Below the pieces are notes generated by a model, which searched no databases, was not told the DNA's origin, and worked only from the letters and a program-made list of their open reading frames with translations. The position numbers and the translations under genes are program-made. 64,000 nucleotides of DNA from Heterodontus francisci. Taxonomy: Eukaryota. This document shows, one piece after another, positions 11,397 to 63,241 of this stretch (the first letter of the stretch is position 1; the number at the start of each line of letters is the position of its first letter). Location: assembly GCF_036365525.1 (NCBI RefSeq), contig NC_090403.1:44703095-44767094 (forward strand). Direction: 5' to 3'.

Positions 11397-12021
11397 AGAG
11401 TCAGAGTCGTACAGCATAGAAACAGGCCCTTCAGCTCACCGGGTCCATGCCGACCATAATGCCTATCTATACTAATCCCACCTGCCTGCATTAATTCCAT
11501 ATCCTTCTATGCCTTGCTCATTCAAGTACCTGTCCAGATGCCTCTTAAATGTCGCTAGTGTTCCTGCCTCCCCCACCTCCTCTGGCAGCTCATTCCAGAT
11601 ACCCACTATTCTTTGGGAAACAGACTCTGGCTATCTACCCTAGCTATGCCTCTCATAATTTTATATACCTCTATCATGTCCCCTCTCAGCTGCCTTCGCT
11701 CCAGGGAAAACAGGCCCAGCCTATCCAATCTCTCTTTATAACTCAAGCCCTCCAAACCAGGCAACATCCTTGTGAATCTTTTCTGCGCCTCTCTAGCTTA
11801 ATCACATCTTTCCTGTAGTGCGGCGACCAGAACTGCACACAGTACTCCAAATGCGGCCTAACCAACGTTATGTACAACTGTAACAAGACGTCCCAACTCT
11901 TGTACTCAATGCCTCGGCCGCTGAAGGCAAGCATGCCATACGCCTTCTTCACAACCCTGTCTACCTGTGTTGCCACTTTCAGGGAACTATGCACTTGCAC
12001 CCCAAGGTCTCTGCTCAACAA
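11397..12021 (-). mobile_element. CR1 (HER1-like) LINE 3' fragment
   Basis: RDLGVQVH...LYITLVRPHLEYCVQFWSPHYRKD; CR1 3' tail with short repeats. Confidence 0.88.
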
Positions 12022-12522
12022 CAGTCCCCAACTATCTACATAGTCTAATATTTTATATTTAATTGATTAATGTTGATAGAGTTTTCGTTTTGACAATTTA
12101 ACGTGGTCACCTTGCAGATTCCTGACCCGAGTTGTTTCAACTCTAGATTAAACGTATAACCCAAGCCAGAAAGATCACAATCATTTACAGCAGGAAGGAA
12201 TTTTATAAACAAGTTCCAGTTGCTGGCCATTGTGAGATGGGCTGAATGGTCTCCTTGTGTTGTAAAATTCAATGAAATACCTGTAGCCTGAGGTATGTAC
12301 AGTAATTTTATTGCAAGTTGACAAATTTAATCAAATACCAATACATTTCTCCTGTTTCACTGTTTTAACGTACAGAAAAAGTTATCCAGAGTGACAGGAT
12401 ATTGAACAATATCAGATTTTCAACATTAAAACCAATTTCTCAGGTGCTCACTTCTGGCAGTATTTTTATTGTTCATTATAACCACAAGAATTTGTTGTAA
12501 ATAAGTTGACTTCCATTTTGTT

Positions 12523-13155
12523 TCAGCCTTTCTTGTTCCCCTCATCCCTTCCACTGGTCTCGTGGACAGGAGTTAGCCGGGGAGTGGTTGTTGTATCACT
12601 GGTGATGTTGATGGGGATGGTTCGTTCATTCACAGCTGGCAGTGCCAGGCGTGGGGCCTGAACCTTTAACCAACCGTCCTGTGACAAACAGCAGTTAAGA
12701 GCTTGAGCATCCACATCTTCTGGCAGCTGAAATTCTCTCCTGAATTCTTCGTATTTGTAGCTGTAAGAACCACTCCCATCATCACTTTTCTTCTCGTGCG
12801 TTCCTGTCACCAGCACTTTCCTTCCAAGTACTTTCACCTTCAGTTCCTCTGGGGAGAATCGCTGGACATTCAGGGACAGAGAAAAGCCATCTCCATCCTT
12901 GTCCTCTGATTGTCTTTTACCTTCTTTGTTATCACCAGGTCTTTTGTCCTGATTTCTTGGTCTTTCCTGCCAAAATTCTTTTGCCAGCTCCTCAAAAACC
13001 CAATTCATGAAGTTCATGCTCTTTCTTGCTGCTTCCACCCGCTGCTTCCACATGTTGCATTCAAGCGGCTCAGAGACTGTGTGTGGAACAGACCACACTG
13101 TGCACACAGGCTGCTGCCACAGACGTGAAGGGTGGAAATCCCGACAGCTCAGCAT
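12523..13155 (-). CDS. HSP30/HSPB9-like small heat shock protein, copy 5 (210 aa, most diverged)
   Basis: ATG at 13155; intact alpha-crystallin domain and IPI; 1-codon insertion (KQRV) and shorter C-terminus. Confidence 0.9.
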   Translation of the reverse strand: MLSCRDFHPSRLWQQPVCTVWSVPHTVSEPLECNMWKQRVEAARKSMNFMNWVFEELAKEFWQERPRNQDKRPGDNKEGKRQSEDKDGDGFSLSLNVQRFSPEELKVKVLGRKVLVTGTHEKKSDDGSGSYSYKYEEFRREFQLPEDVDAQALNCCLSQDGWLKVQAPRLALPAVNERTIPINITSDTTTTPRLTPVHETSGRDEGNKKG

Positions 13156-13244
13156 TGTCTCTGCCTCTTCTCTCACTTCTCTAAACCTGACTGATGTGAT
13201 CTCCCACTCTTCAGTCTCTGATCTGCTGCAGCACTCAGAGCATA

Positions 13245-13410
13245 TGCCTTATATATTCTACTCCCAGAAATCCAGACACTTCCAGAATTAGCTAAATATT
13301 GCTGGGTTTATTACACTTGAGCAGAAAATAACTGATGTCTCAGCCTTGTTTTAAACAAGAATGACTCAACTCAGTGACACCAATGTATTTTAGAAACTTC
13401 TGGAATTATC
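13245..13410 (-). promoter_or_regulatory. Heat-shock promoter of copy 5
   Basis: TATA ~13249-13255, TTCCAGAA ~13280-13287, distal GAAacTTCtgGAA ~13393-13405; E-box altered to CACTTG. Confidence 0.7.
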
Positions 13411-14919
13411 CTGTCCTCGTGGCATGTCTTGGATGAGAGCCAACAATTCCGTGCCAATATTGTATTACATGTTATGAAACAGTAAATAGTCTTAATTTCT
13501 AGTGGTTTGTTGGAGGGTAAATCATAGAAATAAAGTACTAAAACAGTGATCTGGAAATGTGCCTAGTGAAGTTGAAGTATTTAACAAGCAGGTGACAGAT
13601 ATGTGAAGGTCTGAAGGAGTGACCATGGTCTCTCTAGAGTTCTGAGACAGCTAAGACAAACATCTCTTACACTCTCCCACCTCATATCCAGATACTTGGC
13701 AATTTTTCTAACTGCATCAACATGCCACACATGGACAATTATTCGCCTCAGTACTCAACAGTCAATTCTAGTCACTTACAAATTTACCCTAACATTTTTG
13801 TTCTACTTAGTGCCTGACTATTTATTCCGCTGTAGAGGAACAGCAGTAAGTCAGAAATAGGCCAGCATTAGTCACATCAAAATAAATGTAGACAATGACA
13901 CCCTATCTCACCTTGTCGAGGGCAGCAGAACCAGTGATGTGGCCTGCGCTTGGTGGGGCGGGGGGCAGTAAATCTAAAACTAATCTGCAGAAATAATATT
14001 TCAGTGAGTGTTCAATCTGTTGAATAGACTCCCTGGGGAAATGGTGGAAGTAGTTAGTATTGATTTATTCAAATGCAAATGAGTATACGAGTAATTCGAC
14101 ATATCACAATGTGGTCAAGGGGGATAACGGTGACTTTGAATGTATGGTTCCCAATGCTCTCCACCACTGGGGTTTTCCTTGTGTCTTGTTGTAAACTAAT
14201 TGATAGACACAGATTGCTGTGATTAGTCAACAACTCCATTATCATTGTACATGTGATTATCAGGGTGGTAACAGGCAAACTAAAATCGACTCTGGCCTTT
14301 TATGTCCAGCAATTCCCATATTCTAATAGATTTGAGTACAATCCTGAGCCTGTGCTGATATTTGTAAACTTTTGTCATTTTGCTTTGACCTGATCAGAAT
14401 AATTTGATTAAGTTCCAGGTGCATTGCCAGCTATTGTTAGTACAAAAGGAACAAAGCTGAATAACTTTAATTCCACTGGACAAAGGAACGGCATTGATAG
14501 GTACCCACTGTGTTTATCAGTCTGAATTTGATATTTCTTGTATAAAAAAAAGCATGAGAAAAATCAGCACTGCAGAGGAATAGAAAGGTTCAAAAAGGGG
14601 AGGGTGTGACTGTTAGGAAGCCAAGTAGCGAGGCCTTAGGAGAGGTCATGAAGGAGGTCCCCCAGCCACTGGTCCTGTCCAACAGATACAGTGTACTCTC
14701 TACCTGTGAGGTAAAGGCAAACGACTGTCGGCATGACTGTCACAATACAGACCAAAGCACCATAGCTCAGAAGGCTGTCCAAAGGGGGTTGGGGGGAGAA
14801 CAGAACAGAAATGTGGTAGTGGTGGAGGATTGTACATTTAGGGGGAATAGATAGCATTCTCTGAAGCCACAAACAAGAGTCCCGAAGGTTGTGTTGCCTA
14901 ACCAGTACCAGGGCAACAT

Positions 14920-15050
14920 AAAAGCAAAATACTGCGGATGCTGGAAATCTGAAATAAAAACAAGTAACGCTGGAAATACTCAGCAGGTCTGGCAGAATCT
15001 GTTGAGATAAAAGCAGAGTTAACGTTGCAGGTCAGTGACCCTTCTTCAGA
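14920..15050 (-). mobile_element. Short Penelope-terminus insertion with 13-bp TSD
   Basis: Flanked by ACCAGGGCAACAT (14907-14919) and ACCAGGGTAACAT (15051-15063); same repeat as the PLE ends at 38490 and 42250. Confidence 0.72.
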
Positions 15051-15176
15051 ACCAGGGTAACATATCTCGAAGCAGCTGGAGAGGAATTTGGAAAAGGAGG
15101 GAGAAAATCCAGATGTTGTGGTCCATGTCAAAACAAACATAGATAGCAACGGGGAGGAAGTATCAGGAGTTAGGAG

Positions 15177-15319
15177 CAATATACCCTCTACTTTTTTTTT
15201 GTCGTGTGCAGCCAATTTGTTTAAGTGCGTGGGTCCTTTAAATATTTTTGCACGACCGCTTAAAGGGGCTGATGAGTGCAGGAACTTTAGAGATGCTGCG
15301 GGACTTAGAGGAAACGTTG
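15177..15319. mobile_element. hAT-type MITE (143 bp)
   Basis: 8-bp TSD GTTAGGAG (15169-15176, 15320-15327); imperfect TIR CAATATACCCTCTA / TAGAGGAAACGTTG. Confidence 0.8.
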
Positions 15320-15709
15320 GTTAGGAGCTACATTAAATAGCAGAACCGTGGGTAATAATCTTTGGATTATTGCCAGTCATTTGCAAATTGGTATAGAGAC
15401 TGATCAGGAGAATTAACATATGACTAAAGGGCTGGTGTAAGAAAGAGGGGTTTCTTTTAATGGGATACGGGTATGTACTGAACAGTGATGTATTCTTACA
15501 CTCAGTGCTGCCTGCAACAAATTATGCTTAGGACAATAGAGGAAAGAAGGAGTTTTATAAATCAGATGCCCCACAAATGATGCTGCAGCTATTTTAGTGC
15601 AAACTCTAGTTGTTCAAAAAACATCCTATGGCAAAGCTCATAGCAGCACTGTAAAGGGAGCAAATATGGGTCATCACCAGACATGAAGCAAGTTGCTGAT
15701 AGTGATTAA

Positions 15710-16210
15710 GCACACGACAGCCTGCCAGACTGAAATTGAGTTCAATAATTTCAGAGTATGACGGGCCCCCCTTTTTATTTTCAGTTTTTTAAAATTTTAG
15801 TTTGTTTCAGCATTCATTTTTCTTACCATGTGCCTGCCCACTTTTTTCATATTAGCGCTTTGGGCCAGGGCTGTTCATTTTTCTGTCCGTTAACACCCTC
15901 TCTGCACTAATGCTTTGTCTTTCAACACACCATTATCATACCATTTGCCTTTGCTCCATGACCTTCTGGTCAGTTATTCTCTGTGACCCTGTCCTTCAAC
16001 ACCTTCACTTTTGTTATCTCTTGCCTCACCCCTGCTTTACTTGCTTAAAACCTATGACATTTCTAACCTTTGCCAGTTCTGAAGAAGGGTTACTGACCTG
16101 AAATGCCATCTCTGCTTCCCTCTCCACAGATGCTGCCAGACCTGGCGTATTTCCAGCATTTCTTGTTTTTATTTAACATTTCCAGCATCTGCAGTATTTT
16201 GCTTTTATTA
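15710..16210 (+). mobile_element. Penelope-like element 3' end
   Basis: Ends in the recurrent terminal repeat (CTGAAGA...GACCTGAAA...CAGATGCTGCC...ATTTTGCTTTT). Confidence 0.6.
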
Positions 16211-16800
16211 TTATGCTGACAGTAGAAGGGGAGGGCACAGCCAAGAGAAAAAAAGGAATTTTTAGTTACAGGAATACACAATGATTATGGTTACAAACAT
16301 GAAAAGTAGGAAAGAATCAGATTGTCAAAATATGTCTCTAATTAGCCAGGACAATCTGTTACACGTGCAAGTACTGTGCTGGTACTGACAGCAATATAAT
16401 TCTATCAATTTTGTTGCCATACATTGTCATTTTTATACTTTCATCAAATTCCTACACCCACATTTGTGTTGTATAATTGCCTAAGTAAACTTGTCACATT
16501 AATTACACCCTCCTGCCTCAGAGCTTCAGTAAGACAAATTTACACAGACAATATCCATTATAAATATGGAAATAGGAATTTATAATGCAAAATAGTTGAC
16601 AGAATAAGATTTTTATTTATAAATTATAGGACAAAAATGATTCAGGAAATTAGTAAACACTGTAAAGTGGAACCTCTGTACTCATTCATAATGACAAAGA
16701 ACCATTCGGTAACTTTCAACAGGGAACTGAATATGCAAAAAGGGAAAAAATTGCAAGGCTCTGGGGAAAAGAGTAGTCAAAGAGCCAGCAAAGACACGAT

Positions 16801-17521
16801 GGGCTGGATTTTACAGCCCCTCCGCCATCAGGAATGGTGGTGATGGGGGTGGGGGTGCAACGAGGATCGGTACTGCAGAGACCCGCCACCGATCCCAGCC
16901 GCAAGGTCTTGTTGCGGCCGCTCCGCCACTTGGTGACGGGATCCGCATTAAAATATTCATCCCGCAGCGATTCTGCCACCTTCATTATTGCTGCCGACAA
17001 TGCCACACTTTTGAATCCCTGTTAGGGGAAACGTGTCGAGACACCTGCTGGGGGCGGGCGAGAGAAGGTTTTTTCTTTGTGCGGAGGGGTGGGGGGTGGG
17101 AGGGAGGGAAGCAGTGTTACAAGCCCTCAGATTGGTTGGAGGGGTAAAAGGACAAAGGTGCCAGACTTTGGGGGGCAGTGGGAAGAAAGGAGGTGGTCAA
17201 GGTTTCAATATTGAAATTCCGGGGGGAAAAGGGCAGGAATATTGTACAATGGGGAGAGAATGCCTGGAAAGCTCACTATTTATTTGAGCAAAACTTTCAC
17301 TTAACTTGCCTGTTAAATTTTAAACGTTCATTCAGGACTGTCAGCCCTTTAAAAATGGTGCCTATGCATTGGCACCGGACGCTGTTGCTGGCAACGACTC
17401 GCCCGCCCCCTCCACATCAGAAATGAGCCTCCGCGTTTGAAATAATGGTGGCTCCGTGACGTGGTGCTCGTGTGTACGGGCTGCATTTTTTTTATGTCGG
17501 CGGAGTCTTAAAATGCAGCCC
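16801..17521. mobile_element. Non-autonomous DNA transposon (PIF/Harbinger-like TIRs)
   Basis: TIR GGGCTGGATTTTA / TAAAATGCAGCCC (12/13); splits a CR1-like tail (GACACGAT...GGGCTGAATGGCC). Confidence 0.72.
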
Positions 17522-17624
17522 ATGATGGGCTGAATGGCCTTGCTGTGCTGCATCATTCTCACTCTTTTGGTGTGTATATTGGCAGTTTCTCATCTTTTAA
17601 CCTTGCACATAGGATATTAGAATA

Positions 17625-17835
17625 CAAAAGCAAAATAGTGTGGGTGCTAGAAATCTGAAATAAAAACAGAAAATGCTGGAAATATTCAGATCTGGCAGCA
17701 TCTATGGAAAGAGTTAATGTTTCAGGTCGATGACCTTTCATCAGAACTGGTCATTGACCTGAAATGTTAAAGATTTCTTTCTCCCTACAGATGCTGCCAG
17801 ACTTGCTGAGTATCTCTAGCATTTTCTGTTTATAT
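17625..17835. repeat. Inverted dimer of the Penelope terminal repeat with a hammerhead-like motif
   Basis: Left half reverse-complements the right half; HHR-like core on minus at 17712-17748. Confidence 0.72.
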
Positions 17836-18352
17836 TTGGTATAACAATACCCTTGGCACCAGGCAAGAAACTAAATTAAATCTTTCTTGGGCTTTGAGGG
17901 TGATTTAGGCTAGACAGACATGTATCAATGGGCTGTGCAACGTGGCGTTGTGCTATCACAAACTCTGATGGATAATCTGGATATCAAATAATACAAGTTC
18001 AACAGATTCTATATCAGAAATAGCTTCAGTATTTCGTTTGGAGAATAAATGGTAAAATTAAATTAATTTTAGAATCACTAGAAATGAGGAAAAAATAAAT
18101 TTGTCATAGTAAAACAATCATTCTATTTACTTGCCTTTCAAATCCACTCATCTAAATGTTTTTAAAAGTTTTCAAAACAAATAAATTTTATTTATTAAAC
18201 TGCACAAAAAACAGATTCCACAATAAAGTTCAGTAACTGATAAACGAACAGTTATTCCCTGAAACATGAAAGCTTAAATCTTCCGATCATCTCCAATGAA
18301 GCAGAACCCTAAAACAGCCACCAGGTGCCGTGGCCTTCCGCTCTTTAAGAGC

Positions 18353-18395
18353 TCACTTTGACCTGGCCCTCATCTTCCTCCGCTTGCGCTTCAAT
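18353..18395 (-). CDS. RPL41: RPL41 exon 3 ([13 protein letters not shown])
   Basis: Acceptor gtttctgttcctgtatag; TGA stop at 18355-18353. Confidence 0.95.
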
Positions 18396-21300
18396 CTATA
18401 CAGGAACAGAAACAACTGAGTTTGAAATGAACCATGAACTGCTAATTGCATTTGCTGAAATTAATGCAGCTAACACAAAGAGTGAAAATAGTTAAAATTT
18501 CTTTTATAGTATAGCACTGGTATGAGTGGAAGAGTTTTCCTCTTCTCACCTGTATTTGCATGTTACATTCTTTCTACACAATGCACTGTTCAAAAAAGAG
18601 AAAAAATGTTGTGTGTGTGTTTGAGCTGGCCTACTATGAAATGCTGGGGTACAACCAGAGGTCTGTAGGTATAACAATAGGGTTTTCCCTGTTTTTCAGT
18701 CACAGAAGTCTTTTTTTTTTTAAATTCATTCACGGGATGTGGGCGTCGCTGGCCAGGCCAGCATTTATGGCCCATCAGAAGGTGGTGGTGAGCTGCCTTC
18801 TTGAACCGCTGCAGTCCATGAGGGGTAGGTACACCCACAGTGCTGTTAGGAAGGGAGTTACAGGATTTTGACCCAGAGACAGTGAAGGAACGGCGATATA
18901 GTTCCAAGTCAGGATGGTGTGTGACTTGGAGGGGAACTTGCAGGTGGTGGTGTTCCCATGTATTTGCTGCCCTTGTCCTTCTAGTTGGTAGAGGTCGCGG
19001 GTTTGGAAGGTGCTGTCGAAGGAGCCTTGGTGCATTGCTGCAGTGCATTTTGTAGATGGTACACACTGCTGCCACTGTGCTAGTGGTGGAGGGAGTGAAT
19101 GTTTGTAGATGGGGTGCCAATCAAGCGGGCTGCTTTGTCCTGGATGGTGTCGAGCTTCTTGAGTGTTGTTGGAGCTGCACCCATCCAGGCAAGTGGAGAG
19201 TATTCCATCACACTCCTGACTTGTAGATTGTGGGGAGTCAGGTGGTGAGTTACTCGCCTCAAGATTCCTAGCCTCTGACCTGTTCTTGTGGCCACGGTAT
19301 TTATATGGCTACTCCAGTTCAGTTTTCGGTCAATGGTAGCCCCTAGGATGTTGATAGTGGGGGAATTCAGCAATTCTGGGATTCTGTGAAGCTTGGTTTG
19401 AGCCACAGTTCCAAACTTCAGTCACTGGGGAGCACTGTGGAGCAGCTGTCAAACCCCTGACAAATTTATCTGCATTTTTCTCACTAACAATCTTCTCAAT
19501 CCAAAAGGAATAGATGTGTGTATCCTCTCATCCTGTGAGGGTGAGATTCTTAAAAGTAAAGAAGAAATTCTCAAAGCTTTTTTTCTCCATTATTGTGCTG
19601 TGTTGTAACCACCAGAGTACAGCAACAGTACTTGGGAAACCAAACAGTAACTGAATATTGGGAAGATCAAAGCCATTGTTTTCGGTCCCACCACAAACTC
19701 GTTCCCTAGCTGATGCCATCCCTCTCCCTGGCAACTGTGAGGCTGAACCAGACTGTTCTCAAGCTTGGTGTCATATCTGACCAAGTTGAGCTCCTGACCA
19801 CATATCCGTGCCATCACTAAGACCACCTGTTTTCACCTCAATCATACCACCCAACCTCCCCTGCCTCAGCTCATCTGCTACTAAAGTTCTCATCTAAACC
19901 TCTAGATTTGGATCATTCCAATGCACTTCCACATTCTACCCTCCGTAAGCTAGAAGCCATCTAAAACTCAGGTGCAAGTTAGGGGATGAGTAGCAAAGTC
20001 CTGTTCGCCCATCATCCAGTTTGCTGACCTCCATTTAAAACAAAAGTTATTGCTTAACAGAGAGTCAAAGTTCTCATCCATGTTTTCAAATCCCTCCCCA
20101 TTTCTAATCTCCTGCAGCCCCACAATCCTCAGATACCAGCACTCTTCCAATTCTGACCTCACTCATATCCCTGATTTTAATTGCTCCATCATTGGTGGCC
20201 GTGCCTTCAGCTGCCAAGGGCCGAAGCACTGGAATTCTCTTGCTAAACCTCTCTCCCCTCGTTGCTCCTTTAAGACGCTCCTTAAAACCTAACTTTTTGA
20301 CCAAGCTTTTAGTCATCTGCCTGAATATCTCTTTACGTGGCTCTGTGTCAAATTTGTTTTGATAATGCTCCAGTGAAGGGCCAGGTTTTTTTTTTTTTAA
20401 AGTTAAGGGTGCTATATAAATATAACTTGTTTTCATTCCAAATTGATGCTTATTATGGTACTGCTAGTAAACAGCTGATATTCCATTGTGGAAAGATTAA
20501 GTAAACTGTTCAATTTTAACTTTGTAGTGGTCACTTTATGTCAAGTTATAAGTTGTTTAAAAGTTGCCATCATTTATGTTCCAATTCTTATTTGATTTAA
20601 ATGCTGCAAAGTTTTGTCATTGCCTCCAAAGCTGGAAGGAGGAGGCAACCAAACACATAACTGAACTTACACTATGTATTTGAACTTACACAGAAGTTTT
20701 TGGTTCATCGTTCCAGGCTTGCAGTCAGAAACATATTGGGGTGAGTGATGATACTCTTGTAATCATAGGCTGCCTAGATTCAGTTATGAGAGTAATCTAG
20801 GACACAGAGGCCTGAAGTATCGGAAGGAGGGCAAAAAAGTCTCAAAACGAAAACCCAGCCTACTGCACAAATTTGACTCCCTCCTGTCTGGAAGTCAAAT
20901 AAACTCCAAAGGGAATCAAAAAGGGTGCAGAAAGCAAAATAGGACAGGTAGCCAGGAAATAAGGCAAGAAAAAGCAACAGAACAAGGCTTCACTTTAAAT
21001 TTGATTTCCCAAAAAGGAATTGAATTAGGGAGACAACAGCTAGTCAGGAATGTGTTTGGGATTGAAGTAAAAAAAAAAAGGCCATCCCTCAATTCACCAA
21101 TTGAAATTAATGAAATAAAAAACCTGGAAAATTGAAGGTTTATACAGACCTGCGCATCCTTTTCTTCCTCCACTGGAGATTAAAGAGAGAAAAAAAATAG
21201 ACCATTAGAATTTTTGTCTTTTTCTTTCTAGAATGACATTTGTTCTTACATGTATTATTTATATTTGTCAGAAATTAAAGTGCACAGTTTACTACAACTC

Positions 21301-21723
21301 ACTAATATAGAGCAGCTCCAGACAAAGATTATGCTCAATAAAATGCAAGCTAATTTGGTTTGCAATCACTTCTCCTTTATATTAACAATCCACATTGTGT
21401 AGAGGATAGCCATCAGTCAGTTGTCCTGAACCCATATACCTGCTCTGTTCCCATTAACTATTCATCAAATTTCAAACATTAACATGGCCTCTGCTTCAAT
21501 CACTAACTCTGCAGTGATGGAATACACAGTCTTGCATAAAGGATGCTTCTCTTACTTCCCATTCCAAATCTTTAGCATTTAAGCTAATATCTATAGCCCC
21601 TCAAATCACCAGAAAGTGTTTTCATTTGTCACAGTTTTAAAGGACTCTCATCAAATCACCCCAGTCACTCTTGTTCGGGCAAAAACAGTTCTGATAAAAA
21701 GGTCCACACCTGAAACACCATTT

Positions 21724-21762
<39 letters not shown>

Positions 21763-22206
21763 AATTCGGAGTTTTAATGACAGCAGTTTGTTTTTTGGCT
21801 CACATCCAGTGTTTGGATGGTAATTAGAACGGTATCCAACTAGTAAACCCCACAATCAGCATGAGGGAAAAAGGCGAAAGGCCAACCACGTGTTACATAA
21901 ACCCAGTCGAATATATTTTTTCTAACTGAAATTAGTTCTGTCGGAATTAGAAACTTGAGTTTGTGCCCCCTTTTTTTTAATAAAATGGCACCAATAGTTT
22001 AAAATTCTCCCCATCTGAAGATTTAATCACCCTCATCGATTAAATAAAAATTAGAGGGGTGAGGCCCCAAATCCCCTCAACATGGCTGTAGCCTTCACCG
22101 GAAACACAATGGGGTTGAGGGGAGAATACCTTCCACACAACATTTAGCACTTGTTACTTTCTTTAAATTATATTGGGTTTATTCTTTTCCTCACCTTGGC
22201 TCTCAT
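18353..22206 (-). CDS. RPL41: Ribosomal protein L41 (eL41), 25 aa, three coding exons
   Basis: Exons 22206-22195, 21172-21150 and 18395-18353 with GT/AG sites splice to [25 protein letters not shown]; Kozak AAACCATG; minus-strand AATAAA ~18187-18196. Confidence 0.95.
18715..19368 (-). mobile_element. LINE family A 3' fragment in RPL41 intron 2
   Basis: SPTINILGATIDRKLNWSSHINTVATR...VRSVMEYSPLAW; A-rich tail at ~18710-18722. Confidence 0.85.
19650..20430 (+). mobile_element. L2-like LINE 3' fragment
   Basis: IGGRAFSCQGPKHWNSL...FKTLLKT.LFDQAF and tail GTGCTATATAAAT typical of L2 ends. Confidence 0.7.
21150..21172 (-). CDS. RPL41: RPL41 exon 2 (23 nt, WRKKRMR)
   Basis: Acceptor ttttctctctttaatctccag, donor gtctgt. 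Confidence 0.95.
21726..21757. repeat. (TA)n microsatellite
   Basis: Direct. Confidence 0.95.
22195..22206 (-). CDS. RPL41: RPL41 exon 1 coding part (MRAK)
   Basis: ATG AGA GCC AAG followed by donor gtgagg. Confidence 0.93.
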
Positions 22207-22562
22207 GGTTTATGAGCTGAGCAACTGTTGCTATCCCGCTCACTTCAAGGCTTCAGTCCTGGACTCTAGTGCGCATGCTCCAAATATACCAGCTAAAGAA
22301 ACCACAACTCCCATGATGCCACATTCCTGCTATAAATTAAAAATGTTATTTTTCATCAAGCACCGGGAGATGAGTCTTATTTAACTATTTCAATCTTAAA
22401 TTACTTGTTGAATTTTATTTTTATGGTGACTGGTGGAGGGGAGGGGGGGGTGTTGTGAAAGAGTTAGACTACATTTCCCAGAATGCTCCTGGCCCCGTGC
22501 CTGCGCATTGGCGGCTCCGGCTGGTTGTTATGGCAGTGGATGGGGGAGGGGCGGTCACGGTG
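22207..22562. promoter_or_regulatory. Bidirectional RPL41/KAT2A promoter region
   Basis: Start codons 356 bp apart; ZNF143/Staf-type motifs ACCACAACTCCCATGATGC (22301-22319) and ACTACATTTCCCAGAATGC (22468-22486); NRF1-like TGCGCATGC (22270-22278); ATTGG at 22507; CpG-rich KAT2A exon 1. Confidence 0.78.

Positions 22563-63241
<40,679 letters not shown>

Larger units (their letters stand above)
14600..15470 (+). mobile_element. Decayed CR1 ORF1 (esterase-like) region with nested insertions
   Basis: LVLSNRYSVL, RNVVVVEDC, ENPDVVVHVKTNID resemble CR1 ORF1. Confidence 0.6.

Noticed and set aside
20746-20815. Possible C/D box snoRNA (GTGATGA...CTGA) in RPL41 intron 2
   Set aside because: On the strand antisense to the host gene, no terminal stem, no recognisable guide
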